NCBI GenBank assembly: GCA_944384415.1
Contig: CALWTF010000022.1
Location: 20,116 to 84,115, forward strand
DNA from: an uncultured Clostridia bacterium
Lineage (GTDB): Bacteria > Bacillota > Clostridia > Christensenellales > UBA1242
Direction of reading: 5' to 3'
DNA length: 64,000 bases
This document shows, in pieces, positions 1 to 9,739 of this stretch. Positions within the stretch are counted from its first letter, which is position 1. Every line of letters begins with the position of its first letter. A program made the translations under genes and the position numbers. Under the pieces are notes generated by a model. It did no database searches and was not told the DNA's origin. It was given only the letters and a program-made list of their open reading frames with translations.

Positions 1-139
1 TCTTAATAAAACATCAATTTGAACCATAATTTTACCTTCTTATAAATAAAATTTTATCACAAAATAAATGTTATATGCAAATTTTTTAAATAGAAAATTT
101 ATTTAAAATATAGAAAATTTTATTATAAACTGCATATTC

Positions 140-168
140 TTGACAATATTTAGAAGAAAAAGTAAAAT
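140..168 (+). promoter_or_regulatory. sigma-70-type promoter candidate for the PadR-like gene
   Basis: TTGACA (140-145), 17-nt spacer, TAAAAT (163-168); about 30 nt upstream of the GGGGG SD and TTG start at 199. Confidence 0.55.
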
Positions 169-198
169 TAATCTTAGAATTAAGGGGGTAAAATTAGG

Positions 199-1578
199 TT
201 GTTTAATTTAAATGTTTTAATATTAAAATCTTTAGAAAACAATAATTTTTATGGTCTTGAAATCATAAAGTATATATCTGAACAAACAAATGGTCAGTTA
301 ATTGTTAAGCAACCTAGTTTGTATAGCGCCTTAAGGCGTTTTGAAAACAAAGGCTTTGTTAGTTCTTATTGGCAAGAAAGTGATATTGGTGGTATGCGTC
401 ACTATTATAATTTAACTGACAAAGGAAAAGAATATTTAAAAAGTTTAATGCCTAATGGCAATTTTGAGGAAAATTATTTTGGTAAAAATTTAAATGATAG
501 TAGTCAATTTCAAATAATTGATGAAAAAATTGATAATAATGATTCTGAAACGGATAATTCAGATGTTCATATTGAAAAAAATGAAGATAATATGAGCAAT
601 TTTGATGAATTTTCAACAGAGCTAAATTATGAAAAGAATGAAAATAAAGATAATTTAACAAAAGAAAATGATAATGATGATGTTGAAAATATAAGCAAAA
701 ACGAAAATGATATTGATTATCGAAGTATTTTAGGTGATTTATTAACTGATGATAGTGATGAAAGTGAAGTTTTAACAGTTAATCAAACTATAAAAAATGA
801 TTTAAAACAAAATAATGATGATAATGTTACTTCTTCCCTTCCCTTACCTTCAAATAATGAAAATCATCGAAACAGCAACCATTTTAAAGAAATTGAAGCT
901 ATTATTTTAGGTAAAAAAAATACATCAAAAGTATCGCATTTTGATGACATAGTTGCTCATTTTTCACAACTTCCGAGAGATAAAAATACCAAATTAGAAG
1001 AGATTGGTAAAAAATATTTTTCTGAAAAGAAAACTAAAGATACAGTTTTAACAACTGAACATTATGGTAAAATTGATAAAAATTCTGTAGTTGTTAACAA
1101 ATATCAACAATGGAAACAAACTAAATTAAAACAGTACTTAAATATAAATAAACTCAAATTTAGTAGAAGTATTATAATAAGTATATTAATGTTAATTGAA
1201 ATTTTAGCTGTCGCACTATTAATAATTTTAAATTCGAGTTTGCAATTTACTTTAACTCATTATATAATAGCTGGGTGTTCTTTTGTGTTAATTTTATCAT
1301 ATTTTATCACTATGTTAGTTATATATAAAAATTTCCCTGATAAAAAAATTAAAAAATTAAAAAATTTATTTGCAAATTTACTTTTACGATTAGGATTAAC
1401 TGTTTTATTTTTATTATTAATTTTTTCAATAGTATTAATGTTTGGCATAGTTCCAGAACAATTTTTAGATATAGATATTTTATCATATTGGTTATTACCT
1501 GCCCTTTTTTCATTAAATATAACTTTTGCTTGGTTTATTAATATTTTAATTTCAAAATCAAAAAAATTTTATAGTTAA
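199..1578 (+). CDS. PadR-family winged-helix regulator fused to a low-complexity linker and a C-terminal 4-TM domain
   Basis: N-terminal ~90 aa fit the PadR pattern (YGLEIIKYI, QPSLYSALRRFENKGFVSSYW, RHYYNLTDKGKEYL). Then ~230 aa of Asn/Asp/Glu/Lys-rich linker. The C-terminal ~140 aa carry four hydrophobic helices (IIISILMLIEILAVALLIIL, IIAGCSFVLILSYFITMLVIY, LTVLFLLLIFSIVLMFGIV, YWLLPALFSLNITFAWFINILI). Confidence 0.7.
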   Translation: MFNLNVLILKSLENNNFYGLEIIKYISEQTNGQLIVKQPSLYSALRRFENKGFVSSYWQESDIGGMRHYYNLTDKGKEYLKSLMPNGNFEENYFGKNLNDSSQFQIIDEKIDNNDSETDNSDVHIEKNEDNMSNFDEFSTELNYEKNENKDNLTKENDNDDVENISKNENDIDYRSILGDLLTDDSDESEVLTVNQTIKNDLKQNNDDNVTSSLPLPSNNENHRNSNHFKEIEAIILGKKNTSKVSHFDDIVAHFSQLPRDKNTKLEEIGKKYFSEKKTKDTVLTTEHYGKIDKNSVVVNKYQQWKQTKLKQYLNINKLKFSRSIIISILMLIEILAVALLIILNSSLQFTLTHYIIAGCSFVLILSYFITMLVIYKNFPDKKIKKLKNLFANLLLRLGLTVLFLLLIFSIVLMFGIVPEQFLDIDILSYWLLPALFSLNITFAWFINILISKSKKFYS

Positions 1579-1604
1579 AGAACTATTTATTTAGTTCTTT
1601 TTTC
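1577..1604 (+). terminator. rho-independent terminator after the PadR-like gene
   Basis: 9-bp perfect stem AAAGAACTA / TAGTTCTTT, 6-nt loop, followed by a T-run; overlaps the TAA stop. Confidence 0.6.
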
Positions 1605-1619
1605 ATAATTAATTTTTTG

Positions 1620-1648
1620 TAGACATTGCAATTTTACTATGCTATAAT
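1620..1648 (+). promoter_or_regulatory. sigma-70-type promoter candidate (extended -10) for the ABC transporter operon
   Basis: TAGACA (1620-1625), 17-nt spacer ending in TGc, TATAAT (1643-1648). Confidence 0.55.
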
Positions 1649-1685
1649 GAAACTAAGTATGATATTTTTCAGGGAGGTTCTTATT

Positions 1686-2618
1686 TTGAGCGATAAAGTT
1701 TTAGAAGTTAAAAACATAACAAAAAGATATAAGAATTTAACTGTTTTAGATAATTTAAGCTTTGATATATTTGAAGGTGAAATTTTTGGATTTTTAGGAC
1801 CAAACGGTGCTGGAAAAACAACTTTAATGCGTTTAATTTGTGGTATGAGTAAGCCTACAAGTGGAGAAATTTTTGTTTGTGGATATTCAGTTCAAAAAGA
1901 ATTTGAAAAAGCAATTATGTATGTTGGTGCTATGATTGAAAATTGTCAAGTTTATCCTTATATGACAGGTTATCAAAATTTAACCTATTATGCGGGTTTA
2001 TATAAAGGAATTGACCAAAGCAGTATTGATGATGTAGTAGAAATAGTTGGTATGACTTCAAGAATTCATGATAAAGTGAAAACATACTCTTATGGTATGA
2101 GACAAAGAATTGCTTTAGCTCAGGCTTTATTACATCACCCTAAATTATTAGTTTTAGATGAACCAACAAATGGTTTAGATGCAAATGGTGTTATAGAATT
2201 AAGAAAAACTTTAAAGCTTCTTGCTGCAAAAACTAATATGTCTATTCTTGTTTCAAGCCATATTTTAGCAGAAATGGAACAAGTTTGTGATACAATTGCT
2301 GTTTTTAATCATGGTAAATTACTAGAATTAAGAACCATAGATTCAATACAAAAAATGACACAAGCAGAGCGTCGTGTTTCAATAAAAGTTGATTATCCTA
2401 ATTATGCGTGCAAAATAGTTTTGTCTTCTTTTAATATTGAACCCGAAATTGCAGGTAGTTGCATCTTAGTTCCCTATGATATAGAGTTAGTGCCTAAAAT
2501 TATTAATGCGTTAAAATCAAAAGGCATAAAACTGTATGAAGCGAAAACTATTAATAAAAATCTTGAAGATATATATTTAGAAATACTTAGAAATAAAAAT
2601 AGAAATAAAAAAATTTAG
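1686..2618 (+). CDS. ABC transporter ATP-binding protein
   Basis: Walker A GPNGAGKTT, signature-like YSYGMRQR, Walker B LLVLDEPTNGLD. Start moved from track 1626 to the in-frame TTG at 1686 (AGGGAGG SD 8 nt upstream; MSDKVLEVKNITKRY is a typical ABC N-terminus). Confidence 0.9.
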   Translation: MSDKVLEVKNITKRYKNLTVLDNLSFDIFEGEIFGFLGPNGAGKTTLMRLICGMSKPTSGEIFVCGYSVQKEFEKAIMYVGAMIENCQVYPYMTGYQNLTYYAGLYKGIDQSSIDDVVEIVGMTSRIHDKVKTYSYGMRQRIALAQALLHHPKLLVLDEPTNGLDANGVIELRKTLKLLAAKTNMSILVSSHILAEMEQVCDTIAVFNHGKLLELRTIDSIQKMTQAERRVSIKVDYPNYACKIVLSSFNIEPEIAGSCILVPYDIELVPKIINALKSKGIKLYEAKTINKNLEDIYLEILRNKNRNKKI

Positions 2619-2623
2619 GAGTA

Positions 2624-4378
2624 ATGGCAATGATGAAACTCCCCCGCTTAATTCGTGGTGAATTAAATAAAATTTTTATGCGACCAATCTTGTATATACT
2701 TACAGGATTTTTGGTTTTATCTATTGTTTTATCTGTAACTGTTTATAAACCAAATGATAGAAATGAGTATAACAATTATTATTATGATAATTGTAAAACT
2801 TTAATAGAAGTTGATGAAATTTTTAATTCTACTGATATTTCAAAAACTAAAAGTAAAGCTTATGCAGATGATTTATTACAAGGTGCCAAAGATGATTTAA
2901 ATGCTTATAATAATAATATGAATACCAATTCAAAAGGTATTTTATTAAATAATTTATTAGATATAGAAAGTATATTAGAAGATTATCGTACATTAATTAA
3001 TAATTTTGTTACTGGTGGAAGTACAGATAATATAGAAAAAATAAGGCAAAATCTTGTTAATGCTGTAACAGAATTTCAATCACAATATAATTCGTATGCA
3101 AACAGTACAGTTCCTTTATTTATTGTTAAAAAAATAAACCATGAAAATATGGATGAATTATTAACCATTTTGTTAAATTTATTAAAACAACAAAATTCAT
3201 CTGATTATGGAATAATTATTACACACGAAACTATTTGCTCAAATATATACGAAACAGGCATCATAAATGAAATTAAAAAATATGTAAATGAAATAGTTAA
3301 TATAAACCTTACACATAATAAGGTTACACAACTTGAATCCTACATTGAAACTGCTGAAAATTATATGATAGATTTAAATAATAAGTTTAATAGCCTGGTT
3401 TTAGAAGCTGATGATAGTCAACTAAGTTTAGGTATAAAGTATGCAAAAGATTATTTTCTTGTGGCATATAATGTAAACAATTTAATTAGTAATGAACTTT
3501 ACTATTACCCTGTTAGTGGATTTAATGATGATGAAATACATGAATACCTTGGTTATGATGGAGTATATGGTTATCAATTAAGAGAAACTATAGTAAAACA
3601 AACTTATTTAGTAACTACAAACAATGTTATAACAGATTTTAGTGATGTTTTTTCATCTGGGCAAACATCTAATAATACAAAAAATGCTTTTGATTTTGTA
3701 TATTTTGGTCTTGAAATTTTTGGTTTTATTATAATAATTTTTGCAGTTATTTTGGGTGCAGGTATGGTAGCTGGTGAAAGTAGTGCTGGTACATTAAAGC
3801 TTTTAGCTATCAGACCTTATTCACGAAGTAAAATATTAACCAGTAAATTAATAGCAACTATGATTATTAGTTTTATTTTTGCATTTTTTAGTGCTATATT
3901 ATTGTTCTTAATTGGTTATGCGCTTTATGGTGTTAATTTATCACCTGTTTTAGGTGTGTTTAATGCTACAACTGCTTTTACAATGTCACCTATTTTCCTT
4001 ATTTTAATTTATTTATTATGTTTAATGTTTAAAATTTTAATTTATACAATTTTTGCTATTGCTATTTCCGTTTTATTCAGAAGTAATGTTGCTGCGGTAT
4101 GTATTTCAATTGTATTCTATTTCTTCTCTAGTATTTTTAATTTGTTATTTTCAACTTCTTCTTGGTACACATATTGGCCATTCTGCAATGTAGATTTGTT
4201 TAAATATTTGGGCGGTTCATTCATATCAAGTTCAGCTAATAATCCAATTACATTAGCATTTTCTTCCCCTATTTTATATAATTCATCATTCTTTTTAAGT
4301 TTAGCAATTTCTTTAATATTAGGACTGGTTTGTGTTATTATTGCATATGTTGTATTTAATAAAAGAGAAATAAAATAA
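2624..4378 (+). CDS. ABC-2-type transporter permease with a large hydrophilic (probably extracytoplasmic) domain
   Basis: One N-terminal TM (ILYILTGFLVLSIVLSVTVY), ~320 aa hydrophilic region, then about six hydrophobic helices. Starts 5 nt after the ATPase stop. ATG at 2630 or 2633 gives better SD spacing. Confidence 0.75.
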   Translation: MAMMKLPRLIRGELNKIFMRPILYILTGFLVLSIVLSVTVYKPNDRNEYNNYYYDNCKTLIEVDEIFNSTDISKTKSKAYADDLLQGAKDDLNAYNNNMNTNSKGILLNNLLDIESILEDYRTLINNFVTGGSTDNIEKIRQNLVNAVTEFQSQYNSYANSTVPLFIVKKINHENMDELLTILLNLLKQQNSSDYGIIITHETICSNIYETGIINEIKKYVNEIVNINLTHNKVTQLESYIETAENYMIDLNNKFNSLVLEADDSQLSLGIKYAKDYFLVAYNVNNLISNELYYYPVSGFNDDEIHEYLGYDGVYGYQLRETIVKQTYLVTTNNVITDFSDVFSSGQTSNNTKNAFDFVYFGLEIFGFIIIIFAVILGAGMVAGESSAGTLKLLAIRPYSRSKILTSKLIATMIISFIFAFFSAILLFLIGYALYGVNLSPVLGVFNATTAFTMSPIFLILIYLLCLMFKILIYTIFAIAISVLFRSNVAAVCISIVFYFFSSIFNLLFSTSSWYTYWPFCNVDLFKYLGGSFISSSANNPITLAFSSPILYNSSFFLSLAISLILGLVCVIIAYVVFNKREIK

Positions 4379-4380
4379 AA

Positions 4381-4411
4381 AAGCACTTTTTAAAAAAGCG
4401 CTTTTTTATTT
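4381..4411. terminator. weak bidirectional hairpin between the ABC permease and tRNA-Trp
   Basis: AAGCAC / GCGCTT arms (6 bp, one mismatch or G-U depending on strand) flanked by A-runs and T-runs. Confidence 0.35.
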
Positions 4412-4485
4412 TGGCAGGGGTGGAAGGAATCGAACCATCCTCTGGAGTTTTGGAGACTCTTATTCTACCGATGAACTACACCCCT
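4412..4485 (-). tRNA. trnW: tRNA-Trp (anticodon CCA)
   Basis: Reverse complement folds as a cloverleaf: acceptor AGGGGTG/CACCCCT, anticodon loop CTCCAAA, T-loop TTCGATT, encoded 3' CCA; one U-U mismatch in the T-stem. Confidence 0.85.
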
Positions 4486-4495
4486 ATATTTTTCT

Positions 4496-4524
4496 ATTAT
4501 AAAATATTTTAATAATTTAGTCAA
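4496..4524 (-). promoter_or_regulatory. consensus sigma-70 promoter for tRNA-Trp
   Basis: On the minus strand: TTGACT, 17-nt spacer, TATAAT. The tRNA 5' end lies 10 nt downstream of the -10. Confidence 0.7.
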
Positions 4525-4576
4525 TAGAATACTAAAGTTTGTTGCTATTTTTTTTAATATTAATTATAATAAAAAT

Positions 4577-5074
4577 ATGGAAAAAAATTTAAAAAATGTA
4601 GAAATTTATACAGATGGAGCTTGCAGTTATAATCCGGGTCCTGGTGGTTGGGGTTGTGTTTTAATATATAATGAAAACAAAAAACAATTAAGCGGTTTTG
4701 AAGAAAATACAACAAACAATCGTATGGAAATGTTCGCAATAATTAAGGCATTAAGCGAATTAAATCAATCTTGCAATATTAATTTATATTCTGACTCGGC
4801 ATATGTTGTTAATGCTTTTAATGAAAATTGGATTGAAAATTGGATTAGTAAAAATTGGAAAACATCAAACAATAAAGAAGTGAAAAATGTTGACTTATGG
4901 AAAGATTTATTAAAACTAGTACAAATGCACAATATAAGTTGGCATAAAGTAAAGGGACACTCAGATAATAAATATAATAACATTTGTGATAAATTAGCTC
5001 GTGGTGAAGTTGATAAATGGTTGCAGCAACACCCTGATTTTCAACCACCCGTTCAAAATGAACTAGATGATTAG
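4577..5074 (+). CDS. rnhA: ribonuclease HI
   Basis: IYTDGACSYNPGPGGWG, NRMEMFAIIKAL, SDSAYVVN, KVKGHSDNKYNNICDKLA: the DEDD catalytic pattern of RNase H1. Confidence 0.9.
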   Translation: MEKNLKNVEIYTDGACSYNPGPGGWGCVLIYNENKKQLSGFEENTTNNRMEMFAIIKALSELNQSCNINLYSDSAYVVNAFNENWIENWISKNWKTSNNKEVKNVDLWKDLLKLVQMHNISWHKVKGHSDNKYNNICDKLARGEVDKWLQQHPDFQPPVQNELDD

Positions 5075-5140
5075 TTCATTTTATTATTTTATTCTAAATA
5101 TTACCTAAATAACATATTATAGTTTTGAGGTGATATATTT

Positions 5141-5416
5141 ATGGAAAATAATAATCAAAATATTTTAGTTAAAAAGCATAAAATGGTTTGTGAAGATAGA
5201 AAAGTTTTATCATTAACTGCCGTTGAAAAGGTAGAAAGTTCAAATGAAAATCAAGTTGTGTGTATTATTTCAAAATCCCCTGTTTTAATTACTGGTAAAC
5301 AGTTACATGTTAACAAACTTGATGTAGAACAAGGTATAGTTGAAATAACTGGTGAAGTTGATATGATAAAATATCACGCAGAAAGAAAACCAATTTTAAA
5401 AAGGCTGTTTAAATAA
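5141..5416 (+). CDS. yabP: sporulation protein YabP
   Basis: 91 aa. Matches the YabP pattern (LSLTAVEKVESSNENQVV, ITGKQLHVNKLDVEQGIVEITGEVDMIKY). Followed by yabQ-divIC as in Bacillus and Clostridium. Confidence 0.75.
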   Translation: MENNNQNILVKKHKMVCEDRKVLSLTAVEKVESSNENQVVCIISKSPVLITGKQLHVNKLDVEQGIVEITGEVDMIKYHAERKPILKRLFK

Positions 5417-5796
5417 TGCTTTTTGAATCTTTAGGACAAGGTTGGATTTTTATAATAGTAATATGGATTGGTTTAATAGCTGGTTGTTTAGATGAAATGT
5501 TCAATTTAGTTACTTTACCTATAAAAAATATTAAATTTATTCAACCTTTAGTAGATACTGTTAGGGTTATAATTATATGTTTAATCTTTTTTATTTCAGT
5601 TCAGTTGTTTAATTATGGTGATTTTAGACTATATCTATTTTTATCTTTTTTAATTGGATTTACAATAGAAAAAAAATACTTAAGAAAATCAGTTGCAAAA
5701 ATATTCATCAATTTGTATAATTATTCTGTATCAATAAATAAAAAAATATGGAGTAAATTTAAAAATGCAACAAATAACAAAAAAAACAAAGATTAA
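5416..5796 (+). CDS. yabQ: spore cortex biosynthesis protein YabQ-like membrane protein
   Basis: TAATG stop/start overlap with yabP; small multi-TM protein in the conserved yabP-yabQ-divIC position. Confidence 0.55.
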   Translation: MLFESLGQGWIFIIVIWIGLIAGCLDEMFNLVTLPIKNIKFIQPLVDTVRVIIICLIFFISVQLFNYGDFRLYLFLSFLIGFTIEKKYLRKSVAKIFINLYNYSVSINKKIWSKFKNATNNKKNKD

Positions 5797-6031
5797 AATT
5801 TTTGTAATAAGTTTATTAGTTGTTTGTTTTTTACTTTTTCAATTTATTTTTTTAACAATTTTAAATAACAAACAACAAAGCTTATCCGCTGAACTATTAA
5901 GTGTAACCGAACAGAATAAACAGTTAGAAAATGATATTTCTTATCTTTCATCTGACGAAGCAAAAAAAGAATATGCGCGTCAAGAACTTGGTTATGTTGA
6001 AAGTGGTGAAGAAATGTTTGTTGGTGAATAA
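5765..6031 (+). CDS. divIC: septum formation initiator (FtsB/DivIC family)
   Basis: N-terminal TM, coiled-coil (QLENDISYL) and the C-terminal motif EYARQELGYVESGEEMF typical of the family. Confidence 0.7.
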   Translation: MQQITKKTKIKIFVISLLVVCFLLFQFIFLTILNNKQQSLSAELLSVTEQNKQLENDISYLSSDEAKKEYARQELGYVESGEEMFVGE

Positions 6032-6070
6032 AAAATAAGAACCTATTTATTAATTAGGTTCTTATTTTTT
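6031..6070. terminator. bidirectional rho-independent terminator (divIC / dipeptidase convergent ends)
   Basis: 11-bp perfect stem ATAAGAACCTA / TAGGTTCTTAT, 9-nt loop, A-run upstream and T-run downstream. Confidence 0.65.
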
Positions 6071-6878
6071 GTTTTAAATTTAAATTTAAAAATTTATTTA
6101 TTATATTATTATCAATATTTTTTTCTTTTAATTTTTTTTCTAAATTAACAAAATCGTTATAGTTTTTTATATCAGTTGGATAGTAATATTTTTTTATACC
6201 ATTAAAATCAGTGCCTATTCCAAGTATTTCATCTCCATATTTATTTATAAATTCTATAATATAGTTTGATAAAAGCTCTATATTTAGCTTTTCTCCAAAA
6301 AATTTATTATAAAATGCTAAACCAATATACCCTTTTGATTGTTTGAAAAAACTTATTTGTTCATTGGTTAAATTTCTTGGGTGGCTAAAAATATAATCAA
6401 AACCACAATGTGAATTAAATAGTGGATTTTGTGTAATTTCAATAAATTGATAAAATGATTTTTTCCCCATATGAGCGGTATCAATAATTATTCCATTAGT
6501 TTCCAATATTTGTACTACTTGTTTACCCCATTTAGTAAAACCGAAGTCTTCTAATGCTCCTCCGCATAAATTATTGGAATAATTATGAGTTAATGTGCAA
6601 CAAAATGGTTTTAAAGAAATAAATTCGTCTATATTATTTTTGTTTAAAAACCAACTATTTTCAACACTGTTTACAATTTTATTTGATAAACTGTTTATCA
6701 AATTAAAACGATTTTTCATATCTTTAACACCACAATTGGGTTGATTATTATATGAATAGTAAGCACAAAATATTTTATCGGCATCAGTTTTTTCAATTTG
6801 ATTAAAAACATAATCTTTTAAACTTTTAAAACTTTTAAATTTATATAATGCATCATTATGTGAATCTGAAAATTTCAT
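6054..6878 (-). CDS. membrane dipeptidase (peptidase M19 family)
   Basis: DSHNDA near the N-terminus, IIDTAHM, FNSHCGFDYIFSHPRNLTNEQ and GIGTDFNG match the M19 metal-ligand blocks. ATG at 6878 preferred over the track's TTG at 6884. Confidence 0.75.
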   Translation of the reverse strand: MKFSDSHNDALYKFKSFKSLKDYVFNQIEKTDADKIFCAYYSYNNQPNCGVKDMKNRFNLINSLSNKIVNSVENSWFLNKNNIDEFISLKPFCCTLTHNYSNNLCGGALEDFGFTKWGKQVVQILETNGIIIDTAHMGKKSFYQFIEITQNPLFNSHCGFDYIFSHPRNLTNEQISFFKQSKGYIGLAFYNKFFGEKLNIELLSNYIIEFINKYGDEILGIGTDFNGIKKYYYPTDIKNYNDFVNLEKKLKEKNIDNNIINKFLNLNLKQKIRT

Positions 6879-6951
6879 TAACAACCAACTTTTATTAAAT
6901 TATAAAATAAAACATTAATATAATAATTATATTAATATTGTTAAAAAATTG

Positions 6952-8553
6952 TTATTTAGCATATTCAACCGACCTTAGTTCTCGAATTACATTTACTTTA
7001 ATTTGTCCAGGATATTCCATCTCGCTTTCTATTTTTTTAGCAATTTCTTTTGCTAAATACATTGCTTGAACATCATCTATTTCGTCAGGTTTAACTATTA
7101 TTCTAATTTCTCTTCCTGCTTGAACTGCAAAAGATTTTTCAACACCTTTAAATGAATTTGATATTTCTTCTAATTTTTCAAGGCGTTTGATATAGTTTTC
7201 TAACGATTCTCTTCTTGCACCAGGTCTACTACTTGATATTATATCAGCAGCTTGCACTAAAACTGCTTCAACACAATTAAAGTCAACATCGCCATGATGT
7301 GCTTCAATACAGTTTATAACATTTTCATTTTCTTTATATTTCCTTGCTAATTGTACACCAATTGAAACATGAGTACCTTCCATTTCGTGGTCAACTGCTT
7401 TTCCTATATCGTGTAGCAACCCCCCTCGTTTAGCAGTTGTAATGTCGCAATTTAGTTCAGCAGCTAACATACCTGCTAAAGCTGAAACTTCAAGAGAATG
7501 TTTTAACATATTTTGTCCATAACTTGTTCTATATTTCATTCTTCCTAAAAGTTTTGTTAGTTCAGGATGTAAACCTGTTATACCAGATTCAAGCACTGCT
7601 TCCTCGCCTGCTTCTTTAATTTGTTGTTCAATATCTTTTTTTACTTTACTTACTGTTTCTTCAATTCTTGCCGGATGAATTCTGCCGTCTTGCATTAATT
7701 TTTGTATAGAAATTCTTGCAATTTCTCGGCGAACTGGGTCAAAACCAGATAAAACAATTGCTTCAGGTGTATCATCAATAATTAAATCAACGCCAGTTGC
7801 TTGTTCCAATGCTTTAATATTTCTTCCTTCTCTGCCGATTAAACGACCTTTCATATCTTCGTTAGATAATATTACAGATGAAACAGTACCTTCACTTGTA
7901 ATATCTGCAGAATATTTTTGAATTGCATTAGAAATGATTTCTTGTGCTTTTTTCATACCATTTTCTTGTGCTTCTTGTTCAATATTATGAACTAATATAG
8001 CTGCATCTCTTTTAGCTTCTTCTTCAATTGAATTAATTAAAGCTGATTTAGCATCTTCTTTAGAAAGTGAAGCCACTTTTTCTAACTCTAAAATTATTTG
8101 TTGTTTATTTATTTCAACTTCTTTTTCTTTAAGTAATAATTGTTCTTCTTTTTCTTCTAATTTTTGCTTAATTTGGTCAAGAGCATCATTTTTCTTTTCT
8201 AAATTTTGCTCCTTATTATTAATAAATTCTTCTCTTTGTAAAACTCTTTCATTAAGTTTATCTATTTCTGCACGCCTAATTTTTAATTCATTTTCTGTTT
8301 CAGTTTTTATTTTTAACGATTCTTCTTGAATGTTAAGTTTTGTTTCTTTTAAAATATTCTTGGCTTCTTGATAGGCATCTTCAATTATTTTTGTAGCATT
8401 TATTTTTGTTTTTTCTAAACCTTTATTTATAACAATTTTTGTTATTATTATACCTGCTACTGCACCAATTATTAATGAACATATTAATGTAATAGTAAAT
8501 ATTGTTGTGTCTACTGTTGAGCCAAGCAATAGGCCATTTAAAATGCCTTGCAT
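6952..8553 (-). CDS. rny: ribonuclease Y
   Basis: N-terminal TM, long coiled-coil, KH domain ([17 protein letters not shown]), HD domain ([14 protein letters not shown]); sits next to recA as in Firmicutes. Confidence 0.95.
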   Translation of the reverse strand: MQGILNGLLLGSTVDTTIFTITLICSLIIGAVAGIIITKIVINKGLEKTKINATKIIEDAYQEAKNILKETKLNIQEESLKIKTETENELKIRRAEIDKLNERVLQREEFINNKEQNLEKKNDALDQIKQKLEEKEEQLLLKEKEVEINKQQIILELEKVASLSKEDAKSALINSIEEEAKRDAAILVHNIEQEAQENGMKKAQEIISNAIQKYSADITSEGTVSSVILSNEDMKGRLIGREGRNIKALEQATGVDLIIDDTPEAIVLSGFDPVRREIARISIQKLMQDGRIHPARIEETVSKVKKDIEQQIKEAGEEAVLESGITGLHPELTKLLGRMKYRTSYGQNMLKHSLEVSALAGMLAAELNCDITTAKRGGLLHDIGKAVDHEMEGTHVSIGVQLARKYKENENVINCIEAHHGDVDFNCVEAVLVQAADIISSSRPGARRESLENYIKRLEKLEEISNSFKGVEKSFAVQAGREIRIIVKPDEIDDVQAMYLAKEIAKKIESEMEYPGQIKVNVIRELRSVEYAK

Positions 8554-8650
8554 TGCTATTCCTCACTTTTCTTTTAATTAAAAAGTATAATATTGTGTAT
8601 TATTATACTGCTAAAAGTTTAGCTTAAAACTAGTTAAAAGTCAAGATAAA

Positions 8651-8687
8651 TAAAAAAATAAAAACACTAACTTGTTTTAGTGTTTTT
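8651..8687 (-). terminator. rho-independent terminator after recA
   Basis: 10-bp perfect stem (plus strand AAAACACTAA / TTAGTGTTTT), 6-nt loop, T-run on the minus strand; 11 nt after the recA stop. Confidence 0.65.
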
Positions 8688-8697
8688 ATCAATCTGA

Positions 8698-9693
8698 TTA
8701 GTCAAAAACTTTTTCATTAAATTTTTCTCTAATTTGTTTTTCTATTTCACTTGTTATTTCTGGATTAGATAATAAATATGTTTTTGCATTTTCTTTTCCT
8801 TGTCCAATTTTTTCATCATTATACGAAAACCAAGAACCTGTTTTTTGGATTATGTCGTTTTCAATTGCTAAGTCTAAAATACAACCTATTTTTGAAATGC
8901 CAGTTCCATAAATTATATCAAATTCAGCAGTTTTTAAAGGTGGAGCAAGTTTATTCTTAACTACTTTAACTTTTGTTCTATTACCTATAACCTCAGTTCC
9001 TTCCTTTATTGTATCAACTTTTCTTACATCAAGTCTTACACTAGCATAAAATTTTAGTGCTTTTCCACCTGGTGTTGTTTCAGGATTTCCAAACATAACC
9101 CCTACTTTTTCTCGCAATTGATTTATAAATATAACGCATGTGTTTGATTTGTTAATAACAGCTGTTAATTTACGCAATGCCTGACTCATTAATCGTGCTA
9201 ATAAACCAACATGTGCATCACCCATTTCACCATCTATTTCTGCTCGAGGAGTTAATGCTGCAACTGAGTCAATAACAACAACATCAACTGCACCACTTCT
9301 TACTAAACTTTCAGTTATATCTAAAGCTTGTTCTCCATTATCTGGTTGTGAAATGTATAACTCATTTAAATTAACACCAAGATTACCAGCATAAACAGGG
9401 TCAAGAGCGTGTTCTGCATCAACAAATGCTGCTGTACAACCTTGTTTTTGTGCTTCTGCAATCACATGTAAAGCTACTGTAGTTTTACCAGAAGATTCAG
9501 GACCATAAATTTCAACTATTCTTCCTCGTGGCACACCTCCAACTCCTAAAGCCATATCAAGTGTTAAACATCCAGTTGAAAACACATCTACTTTTTGTTG
9601 TGCTCGGTCTCCTAGTTTCATAATTGAACCTTTACCAAATTGTTTTTCAATTTGTGCTATTGCTTGTTCTAATGCTTTTTCTCTATCAGTCAT
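8698..9693 (-). CDS. recA: recombinase RecA
   Basis: [22 protein letters not shown], Walker [10 protein letters not shown], and the [22 protein letters not shown] loop. Confidence 0.98.
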   Translation of the reverse strand: MTDREKALEQAIAQIEKQFGKGSIMKLGDRAQQKVDVFSTGCLTLDMALGVGGVPRGRIVEIYGPESSGKTTVALHVIAEAQKQGCTAAFVDAEHALDPVYAGNLGVNLNELYISQPDNGEQALDITESLVRSGAVDVVVIDSVAALTPRAEIDGEMGDAHVGLLARLMSQALRKLTAVINKSNTCVIFINQLREKVGVMFGNPETTPGGKALKFYASVRLDVRKVDTIKEGTEVIGNRTKVKVVKNKLAPPLKTAEFDIIYGTGISKIGCILDLAIENDIIQKTGSWFSYNDEKIGQGKENAKTYLLSNPEITSEIEKQIREKFNEKVFD

Positions 9694-9739
9694 AAAAATT
9701 ATCCTTTTAAATTATTCATTTGTTCTAATTTATTATAAC

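Noticed and set aside
1-27. Start of a minus-strand gene leaving the window (ATG at 25-27, reads MVQIDVLLR)
   Set aside because: Only nine codons are visible. That is too little to call a gene or a product.
1626-1685. N-terminal extensions of track ORFs (ABC ATPase, and also ruvC, rimM, gatA, rplS, ylxM, yloV, the SLT gene and the dipeptidase)
   Set aside because: The longest-ORF starts lack SD sequences, overlap upstream genes or promoters, and add residues absent from orthologue N-termini. Internal starts with good SDs were preferred.
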